From positions 9,679-15,946 of the forward strand of contig CAZQQS010000012.1 in NCBI GenBank assembly GCA_964595665.1: 6,268 nucleotides of DNA. The letters run 5' to 3'. A program made the position numbers and the translations under genes. This DNA is from an uncultured archaeon. Lineage in GTDB: Archaea; Iainarchaeota; Iainarchaeia; Iainarchaeales; 0-14-0-20-30-16. This document shows, piece after piece, positions 1 to 5,600 of this stretch (positions are counted from its first letter, which is position 1; every line of letters starts with the position of its first letter). A model generated the notes under the pieces. It had not been told where the DNA came from. It made no database searches and saw only the letters and a list, made by a program, of their open reading frames with translations.

Positions 1-13
1 AATATTCGGTTTG

Positions 14-22
14 TTTTATATA
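14..22 (+). promoter_or_regulatory. Candidate archaeal TATA box for the U32-family gene; leaderless mRNA predicted
   Basis: TTTTATATA lies at 14-22. Its centre is about 26-27 nt upstream of the ATG at 45. No Shine-Dalgarno-like purine motif lies between the box and the ATG. Confidence 0.35.
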
Positions 23-44
23 CTTATTTTTATATTATATTATT

Positions 45-1241
45 ATGAAACATAATATTGAAATTCTTTCTGGAGTAGGCGATTATCCATCATTATATGC
101 TGCATGTGATGCTGGTGCTAATGCAATTTACTTTGGTGTTAAAGGTTTAAACATGCGAGATTTTGGAAAGAATTTCACATTAAAAGATTTGCCAAGAGTA
201 ACTAAATATTGTCATGAAAGAGAAATTAAAGCTTATTTGGCAATGAATACAATTGTTTATGATAAAGAATTATCTTTAGTTAAGAAAGTTTTAAAAGCAG
301 CAAAAAAAGCAAAAATAAATGCTGTTATTTGTTCTGATTTTTTAGTATTTCAAGAATGTAAAAATTTACGAATTCCTATTCACATTAGTACGCAAATGTC
401 TGTTTCAAATTCGCAAGCTTGTGAATTTTTAAGAAAATTTGGTGCTGAAAGAATTGTATTAGCAAGAGAATTAAATTTAGATCAGATAAAAGAAATTAGA
501 AAAAAATCTAAAATTGAAATTGAAATTTTTATTCATGGTTCTTTATGTATTGCAGAATCTGGAAGATGTTTTATGAGTTTATATTTCCATGATAAAAGCG
601 CCAATAGAGGTAAATGTACAAATCCTTGTAGAAGAGTTTGGTATTTGGAAGATGAAAAAGATTCTGAGAAAAAAGCTGAAATTTATGGAAATAGAATTAT
701 TAGTTCAAAAGATTTATGCACAATTCCATTTTTTGAAAAGATAGTAAACTTGAACCCAAATTCTTTGAAAATTGAAGGAAGAAATAAAGGCCCGGATTAT
801 ATTTATGTTGTTACTAAAGCATACAAAGAAGCTTTGGAATTAGTTAAGAAAAAGAAATTAACTTTGAAAGAAAAACAAAGATTAGAAAATGATTTATCTG
901 AGACATTTAATAGGGGTTTTATTTCTGGATTTTATTTAAGAAAACCCGATTACAATGAGATTCAAACTGAAAAGCAAAGTAAAAGAACAAAAAATTTAAT
1001 TTGTATTGGAAGAATTAAGAATTTTTATTCGAAATTAAATGTTGCTGAAATTAATGCAGATGAAGATTTTAAAATTGGAGAAGAAATCGTAGTTAAAGGT
1101 GAAAATACTTATTTTAGACAAGTTATAGAATCAATGGAAATAAAACATAAAAAAGTAACTGAAGCAAAAAGAGAACAAGATGTTGCAATTAAATTAAATG
1201 AAAGAGCAAGAAAAAATGATTTAGTTTATGCAATAAGATAA
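45..1241 (+). CDS. Peptidase U32 family protein (collagenase-like; the family includes the Fe-S, prephenate-dependent RNA hydroxylases RlhA/TrhP)
   Basis: 398-aa ORF with ATG at 45 and TAA at 1239-1241. Residues 160-178, EIFIHGSLCIAESGRCFMS (nt 522-578), fit the U32 family signature E-x-F-x2-G-[SA]-[LIVM]-C-x4-G-x-C-x-[LIVM]-S as I recall it. This is followed by ANRGKCTNPCRR, which adds two more Cys (nt 615-629). The N-terminal segment GVGDY..AGANAIYFG and a small C-terminal barrel-like tail (IGRIKNFY..GEEIVVKG) are typical of the family. Confidence 0.85.
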   Translation: MKHNIEILSGVGDYPSLYAACDAGANAIYFGVKGLNMRDFGKNFTLKDLPRVTKYCHEREIKAYLAMNTIVYDKELSLVKKVLKAAKKAKINAVICSDFLVFQECKNLRIPIHISTQMSVSNSQACEFLRKFGAERIVLARELNLDQIKEIRKKSKIEIEIFIHGSLCIAESGRCFMSLYFHDKSANRGKCTNPCRRVWYLEDEKDSEKKAEIYGNRIISSKDLCTIPFFEKIVNLNPNSLKIEGRNKGPDYIYVVTKAYKEALELVKKKKLTLKEKQRLENDLSETFNRGFISGFYLRKPDYNEIQTEKQSKRTKNLICIGRIKNFYSKLNVAEINADEDFKIGEEIVVKGENTYFRQVIESMEIKHKKVTEAKREQDVAIKLNERARKNDLVYAIR

Positions 1242-2450
1242 TTATAATTTTTCTTTTACTTTTTCTAAGATATATTTAGTTGTTTTTTCTGCATCATTAT
1301 CTTTTTGAATACTCATTAGTTCTTCTGGATCAAAAGACTTTTTAAATCCAGAATTATTCAAATTAGATATAAAAATTTCTTGCGATTTTTCTAAAGCTGT
1401 TTGTTTATCTTTCTCAAAGCTAATATTATCAATCTTGGTTTTTAATTCATTTAAAGAAATTTGTTTATCTAAAATTAATATGCAATCTTCTTGCAAAAAA
1501 TCTTTTTCAGAAATATTTTTCTCGCCAAAATTTAATTTAACATTTATTTTTATTTTCAATACGGGTTTTAGTTTTAAATTATTATATTCTACAAATTCAT
1601 TTTTTATTTTTTCTATTTTCATATTTATTTCTTTTTTTATATCTTCAATATTTGTATTTTCTAATTTTATTTCTTCATAAAAATATTTTCTTTGTAAAGG
1701 AATTTCTTTAAAAACAATTTCTTTTGTTAATGTATCAAAAATCATAAATCCTCGAGGATCTTTAATTTCTTGTTTTTTTATTTGTGTTATGATTGTTGAT
1801 CCAGGTATGACAAACAATTTATTACTTTTAATAATTTGTTTTTTGTGTAAATGGCCATTAATATACAAATCAAAACCTAAAGGCAAATCATCAATACTTA
1901 AATTAGAAACCATTTCATCATCGAAAGCTAATAATTCATTATAACTTTGATGAGTCATAATTATATTTATTGCATCGTCTATTTTTTGAAAATTTATTTT
2001 TTCTAAAACTTCTTTTGCATATTTTTCTGGAACGCCAGACATTCCACAGATGTTAACTTTCTCATTTTCCTTTTCAAATATTATATTTGAATGTTTTAAT
2101 TGATAAAAATAATTTGAACTTTCAATTACATCTATTGGAGAGGTATATCCTTTACCTTTATATTCATGAGTTCCGGCAATTATTACTATTGGAATATGAG
2201 TTAAAGTTTTTTTAGTAGTATTATTTTTTATTTTTTGTAAGCCATTATATTTGGAGATTATTTTGAATAAATTATCGTATGTTTTTTGACTTGGCTCTTC
2301 TAAATCAAATAAATCTCCCGGCATTAATATTATATCGTTGTCTTTTACAGCCAAATCTAAAGCTTGTTCAAAATTAATATACGAATCATTCGCTAATTCT
2401 GTATTCTCTTTAAATCCAAAATGAGTATCTGATATAATTGCAATTTTCAT
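1242..2450 (-). CDS. mre11: DNA double-strand-break repair nuclease Mre11 (calcineurin-like metallophosphoesterase)
   Basis: The ORF track gives 1242..2597. I place the start at the internal ATG (2448-2450), giving 402 aa beginning MKIAIISDTHFG. Phosphoesterase motifs occur in Mre11 order: DTH (2421-2429), GDLFD (2304-2318), GTHE (2163-2174), MTHQ, GHLH and PGS. Asp8/His10 numbering is identical to Pyrococcus furiosus Mre11 as I recall it. By eye the protein is colinear through a capping-domain-like region and a K/E/N-rich helical C-terminus. Confidence 0.8.
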   Translation of the reverse strand: MKIAIISDTHFGFKENTELANDSYINFEQALDLAVKDNDIILMPGDLFDLEEPSQKTYDNLFKIISKYNGLQKIKNNTTKKTLTHIPIVIIAGTHEYKGKGYTSPIDVIESSNYFYQLKHSNIIFEKENEKVNICGMSGVPEKYAKEVLEKINFQKIDDAINIIMTHQSYNELLAFDDEMVSNLSIDDLPLGFDLYINGHLHKKQIIKSNKLFVIPGSTIITQIKKQEIKDPRGFMIFDTLTKEIVFKEIPLQRKYFYEEIKLENTNIEDIKKEINMKIEKIKNEFVEYNNLKLKPVLKIKINVKLNFGEKNISEKDFLQEDCILILDKQISLNELKTKIDNISFEKDKQTALEKSQEIFISNLNNSGFKKSFDPEELMSIQKDNDAEKTTKYILEKVKEKL

Positions 2451-2500
2451 ATATAAATAACTAAGGAAAAGCATAAATATAGTTATTAAATATAATATGT
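2451..2500. promoter_or_regulatory. 50-bp divergent promoter spacer between mre11 and the CYTH gene, with one central AT-rich TATA-like element
   Basis: CATAAATATAG at about 2472-2482 is centred about 26 nt from the mre11 start (2450) and about 25 nt from the CYTH start (2501). A purine-rich AGGAAAAG (2464-2471) sits on one flank and is BRE-like for the + direction. Neither start has an SD motif. Confidence 0.4.
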
Positions 2501-3049
2501 ATGCAATTAGATTCATTTTATGAATTAGAGTTAAAATCCTTATTAACAGAAGAAAAATATAATTCTTTATTAGACCTTTTATCAAAAAATTATACAAAAG
2601 TTAATGATGATATAATTTATAATAAAAGGTATAGGCCCGGAGATATTAGATTGAGATATTCTAATAGGGTTTATGAGTTAGTTAGAAAAGAGCTTTTAAC
2701 AGATATTGCTAGTAAAAAAACTATTTTTAAATTTGAAGACAAAGAAGAATTTGAAGCAATGCAAGATGTTTTTGATAGTTTGCAATTACAAAGTGATCCA
2801 ATAAGTCTTAAACATAATCAAGAATTTCATTTTCCAATAGAGCAATATGCTTATACAATTTGTTTACAAGATATAAAGAATTTTACTTATTTTATAGAGA
2901 TTAAGATTCAGATAGATGATGAAAATTTTTTAGTGCATGAATTAAATATAAAAAGCATATTTAAAAAATTAAATTTAGAACCTACTTCTCCAAAAGAATT
3001 ATCAAACGAAATAACAAAATATATTTTAAAGAATAAAAAATTACTCTAA
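2501..3049 (+). CDS. CYTH-domain protein (triphosphate tunnel metalloenzyme / CyaB-like class IV adenylyl cyclase family)
   Basis: 182-aa ORF. ELELK (nt 2522-2536) is the ExExK signature on the first strand. It is followed in the expected order by DIRLRYS (RxR strand), YELVRKE, and LQDIKNFTYFIEIKI (an Asp and Glu on late strands). Length and motif order match the roughly 170-180 aa archaeal CYTH proteins I recall, for example the Pyrococcus CyaB-like protein. Confidence 0.6.
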   Translation: MQLDSFYELELKSLLTEEKYNSLLDLLSKNYTKVNDDIIYNKRYRPGDIRLRYSNRVYELVRKELLTDIASKKTIFKFEDKEEFEAMQDVFDSLQLQSDPISLKHNQEFHFPIEQYAYTICLQDIKNFTYFIEIKIQIDDENFLVHELNIKSIFKKLNLEPTSPKELSNEITKYILKNKKLL

Positions 3050-4639
3050 AATTGCTTTTATTAATCCCAAGAATAAAGGAGAAGGATTTTCAAATTTAGA
3101 TTTTAATTCTGGATGTGCTTGAGTTGCGATGAAAAACTTATGTTTTTCTATAGGTAATTCAATATATTCAACTAATTTTTCATTAGGACTTAATCCTGAT
3201 AATATTAATCCATGATCTTCTAATATTTTGTGGTACTCTGGATTAACTTCATATCTGTGTCTATGTCTTTCAAATGATTCATTTGAATTATATAGTTTTT
3301 GCACTAATGAGTTTAATTTTAAATTGGCTTTTTGCTCTCCTAATCGCATAGTTGCGCCTTTCTTATCAATATTTTTTTGCTCTGGTAAAATATCTATTAC
3401 AGGATGTTTTGTATTTGAATCAATTTCTGTGCTATTGGCATTTTCTAAATTACAAACATTTTTTGCAAATTCAATTACTGCCAATTGTAAACCATAACAC
3501 AAACCTAAAAGAGGGATATTATTTTCTCGAGCATATTTTATTGCATTAATTTTTCCTTCTATTGCTCTAGAACCAAAACCGCCAGGAATAATTATTGCAT
3601 CAATATTTTTTAGCTTTTCAGAAACATTTTCTCTAGTTATATTTTCTGTGTTTAAATAAACGATTTCTGGTTTAACATCTAAATGTGCGCTAGCATGTTT
3701 TATTGCTTCAATTACGCTTGCATAAGAATCTTTTAAAGCTAAATATTTTCCTGCTATTGCAATTCTTTTTTTGATTTTAGGTTTATTCATTTTTAATATT
3801 AATTCTTGCCATAATTGCATTCTATTCTTATACCCTAATAAATGTAATTTGTCGCCAATTTTTTTATCTAATTTTTCTTTTGCAAAATTTAAAGGAATTT
3901 CATAAACATTTGAAACATCTGGTGCACTAATTACATAATCATCATTTAAACTTGCAAACATTGCAATTTTTTCTTTTATATTTTGGGTTAATGGTTTTTG
4001 TGCTCTACCTAAAATAAAATCTGGGAATAACCCATATTCCATTAATTGATGTATACTTTGTTGGCTTGGTTTAGATTTTTGTTCTCCAACATTATTTAAC
4101 ATAGGGATGTAAGTTAAATGTATTAAAATTACATTATCTTTTCCAAATTTCATTTGTAATTGTCTTACAGCTTCAATATAAAATCTATTTTCTAAATCTC
4201 CTATTGTGCCGCCAATTTCAATAACACAAACATCGCAAGATTCTTTTTCAGGTAATTTTACAAATTGTTCTAAAATTTCATTTGTTACATGCGGAATAAA
4301 TTGTATTGTTTTTCCTAAGAATTTTCCTTCTCTTTCTTTTTCGATTAATTTATTTAAAATTTTTCCCATTGTTAAATTCCAAGAATTTTTTGTAGCAATA
4401 TTTAAGAATCGTTCATAGTGTCCAAAGTCCATATCTACTTCTGCGCCATCGTCCATTACAAATACTTCTCCATGTTCTATTGGGTTCATAGTTCCAGGGT
4501 CAACATTAAGATAGCCATCACATTTAATTGGCATGACTTTTAAGTTGTAATTAGTTTGAATTAGTTTTGCAATTGATGCGGCAGCGATTCCTTTTCCTAT
4601 TCCACTTAAAACACCACCAGTAACAATTACATATTTCAA
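3041..4639 (-). CDS. pyrG: CTP synthase (glutamine-hydrolysing)
   Basis: 532 aa. The N-terminus is the canonical MKYVIVTGGVLSGIGKGI. The C-terminal class-I glutamine amidotransferase domain carries the GLCYGLQ nucleophile Cys, HRHRYEVN and QAHPE. The start codon is TTG (+ strand reads CAA at 4637-4639). There is no in-frame ATG before the upstream stop at 4685-4687. Confidence 0.97.
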   Translation of the reverse strand: MKYVIVTGGVLSGIGKGIAAASIAKLIQTNYNLKVMPIKCDGYLNVDPGTMNPIEHGEVFVMDDGAEVDMDFGHYERFLNIATKNSWNLTMGKILNKLIEKEREGKFLGKTIQFIPHVTNEILEQFVKLPEKESCDVCVIEIGGTIGDLENRFYIEAVRQLQMKFGKDNVILIHLTYIPMLNNVGEQKSKPSQQSIHQLMEYGLFPDFILGRAQKPLTQNIKEKIAMFASLNDDYVISAPDVSNVYEIPLNFAKEKLDKKIGDKLHLLGYKNRMQLWQELILKMNKPKIKKRIAIAGKYLALKDSYASVIEAIKHASAHLDVKPEIVYLNTENITRENVSEKLKNIDAIIIPGGFGSRAIEGKINAIKYARENNIPLLGLCYGLQLAVIEFAKNVCNLENANSTEIDSNTKHPVIDILPEQKNIDKKGATMRLGEQKANLKLNSLVQKLYNSNESFERHRHRYEVNPEYHKILEDHGLILSGLSPNEKLVEYIELPIEKHKFFIATQAHPELKSKFENPSPLFLGLIKAILE

Positions 4640-4689
4640 AATATCACCAAAATCAAATTTAATACAAAAAAATAGAAAGTATTTTTAAA
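4640..4689 (-). promoter_or_regulatory. pyrG 5' region: Shine-Dalgarno GGTGA plus a candidate TATA box
   Basis: On the minus strand, GGTGA (4648-4644) lies 4 nt upstream of the TTG start. TTTAAAAATA (4689-4680) lies about 45 nt upstream, predicting a 5'UTR of about 19 nt that contains the SD. Confidence 0.4.
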
Positions 4690-4795
4690 GAAAACTGAGT
4701 TATTTATCTAGTCTAACTCGCGAATTTTCAAACACTACATAATTATTGTTTTTCTAATTAAGATGTTAATATTAGCTAAGATTAAAATTAGAATT

Positions 4796-4826
4796 AAAAA
4801 AGAAAAAGATTTAGAGAAAAATAAAA
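4796..4826 (-). terminator. Oligo-T termination tracts after the pilin-like cassette
   Basis: Directly downstream of the TAA at 4827-4829, the minus strand carries T4, T5, T5 and T6 runs. On the + strand these are A-runs at 4823-4826, 4817-4821, 4803-4807 and 4796-4801. Archaeal RNA polymerase terminates at oligo-T. Confidence 0.35.
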
Positions 4827-4988
4827 TTACTTTTCTCCAGCTTGTGTTTTTCCTACATTTATTGAATTTCTAAACATTGGTTTAATAACTGCTATTAGCA
4901 CTACTGCTACAATAGCAATTACTAAAATCATATACAAAGTATTTGCATTACCTTGCGCTTTAGTTTCCGATACAAATTTTTTAAACAT
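4827..4988 (-). CDS. Small (53 aa) class III signal-peptide / type IV pilin-like protein; absent from the supplied ORF track
   Basis: Manual translation from the ATG at 4988 to the TAA at 4829-4827 gives MFKKFVSETKAQGNANTLYMILVIAIVAVVLIAVIKPMFRNSINVGKTQAGEK. It has a short charged N-terminus, a K-A-Q (or Q-G-N) cleavage-type motif, and an uninterrupted hydrophobic segment of about 18-20 aa (about nt 4884-4937). It starts 8 nt after the stop of the upstream pilin-like gene on the same strand and is followed by T-tracts. A weak SD-like GGGTTGA lies upstream. Confidence 0.6.
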   Translation of the reverse strand: MFKKFVSETKAQGNANTLYMILVIAIVAVVLIAVIKPMFRNSINVGKTQAGEK

Positions 4989-4996
4989 ATTCAACC

Positions 4997-5494
4997 CTAA
5001 TTACCTACATATTTTCTAACAAACAAATAACATGCAAAGTTTTCTGAATTTTGAGATTCACAATCGCTAGGAACTCCAGCTTGTCCATCTATATCTTGAT
5101 ATCCACATATTGCAGTTAAATAATAATCTTGATTTGCTGTACCTTGGTAATTTAAAATAAATTCACTACTAGTATCTATAGATCTTAAATCATTACAATA
5201 TACAAAATGTACGTTATCAGCACCAACACTTAATTTTTGGCCTAATGCTTTTGCTGTTAAAGTAGGATTTTTTTTAGAAAAGGTTATCTTTTCAGTAAAT
5301 GGCTGATACTCGTTTTGTTGAGCATTTTTTAATAAATTTGAAGCAATATCTTGTGGTTTTTGGCCACCTCCAAATAAATCTAAGCCACCCATTATAGATA
5401 ATAATAATCCTAAAATTGCCAAAGATACCAAAGCTGCGATTAATAAGTTAAATACACTTGAGCTTTGTCCCTTTTGCCCTTCAATAATCATCAT
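4997..5494 (-). CDS. Class III signal-peptide (archaeal type IV pilin-like) secreted protein with a Cys-containing C-terminal domain
   Basis: 165 aa. The N-terminus is MMIIEGQKG-QSSSVFNLLIAALVSLAILGLLLSIMGG, with Lys at -2, Gly at -1, Gln at +1, then about 22 hydrophobic residues. This is the archaeal prepilin pattern. The remainder is Q/G/S/N/T-rich, unlike the K/I/E/N-rich cytoplasmic proteins here, and has four Cys (100, 130, 145, 155). A strong SD lies upstream. Confidence 0.7.
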   Translation of the reverse strand: MMIIEGQKGQSSSVFNLLIAALVSLAILGLLLSIMGGLDLFGGGQKPQDIASNLLKNAQQNEYQPFTEKITFSKKNPTLTAKALGQKLSVGADNVHFVYCNDLRSIDTSSEFILNYQGTANQDYYLTAICGYQDIDGQAGVPSDCESQNSENFACYLFVRKYVGN

Positions 5495-5498
5495 AATT

Positions 5499-5505
5499 TC
5501 ACCTC
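5499..5505 (-). promoter_or_regulatory. Shine-Dalgarno site of the 165-aa pilin-like gene
   Basis: The minus strand reads GAGGTGA, then AATT, then ATGATG. This is the best SD match in the window and has the same 4-nt spacing as the pyrG SD. Confidence 0.6.
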
Positions 5506-5600
5506 TAATTAATATAAATATACTTTATATATAAAACCCCAAGCTTTAAAAAAGTATCCTCTCCTTATATATCTACTATTTATGTAAAAAGTGAATAATT
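5506..5600. promoter_or_regulatory. Divergent promoter region between the pilin-like cassette and the wHTH gene
   Basis: Two copies of TTATATAT (5525-5532 and 5565-5572) lie 40 bp apart. The right copy is centred about 32 nt upstream of the ATG at 5601, which predicts a very short leader. On the minus strand the left copy reads GGGGTTTTATATATAAAG, placed upstream of the pilin SD. Confidence 0.35.

Noticed and set aside
1435-1680. 81-aa + strand ORF inside mre11
   Set aside because: It is low-complexity and F/S/I-rich, lies entirely antisense to a well-supported gene, and has no start context. This is the typical shadow ORF of a purine-rich coding strand.
2451-2597. 49-aa hydrophobic N-terminal extension of the mre11 ORF (MYNFLIKGLIKNYIFLLLIRIL...), which would make a membrane-anchored Mre11 overlapping the CYTH gene
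   Set aside because: Mre11 proteins start within a few residues of the DxH motif, and MKIAIISDTHFG at the internal ATG (2450) matches that exactly. The extension is the antisense of the CYTH coding region plus the promoter spacer. It has the F/L/I/Y-rich composition expected from translating AT-rich DNA. A TATA-like box sits 26 nt upstream of the internal ATG.
1242-3049. Idea that the CYTH protein (possible nucleotide cyclase) plus a nuclease form a cyclic-nucleotide-signalling defence pair
   Set aside because: The nuclease aligns along its whole length with bona fide Mre11 rather than an effector-type nuclease, and no sensor domain is evident. The flanking genes are housekeeping, and CYTH proteins are common housekeeping triphosphatases in archaea. 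I kept only the co-regulation observation.
3228-3549. 89-aa and 65-aa + strand ORFs inside pyrG
   Set aside because: Both lie antisense to a highly conserved gene and overlap each other in different frames. They have no recognisable motifs or SD/TATA context.
4206-4418. 70-aa + strand ORF inside pyrG
   Set aside because: It is another antisense shadow ORF, with F/S/I/N-rich composition and no supporting signals.
4763-4873. 36-aa + strand ORF (MLILAKIKIRIKKEKDLEKNKITFLQLVFFLHLLNF) in the pyrG/pilin spacer
   Set aside because: Its 3' half is the antisense of the better-supported 53-aa pilin ORF. Its A-rich 5' half is explained as the complement of the minus-strand oligo-T terminator tracts. 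It has no SD or TATA at an appropriate distance.
5581-5586. TATGTA (TACATA on the minus strand), resembling the 6-bp site I recall for the Methanococcus archaellum activator EarA, upstream of the pilin promoter
   Set aside because: A single AT-rich hexamer is expected by chance in this composition. I cannot show that the 213-aa protein is an EarA homologue, and the cassette encodes pilin-like proteins rather than archaellins.
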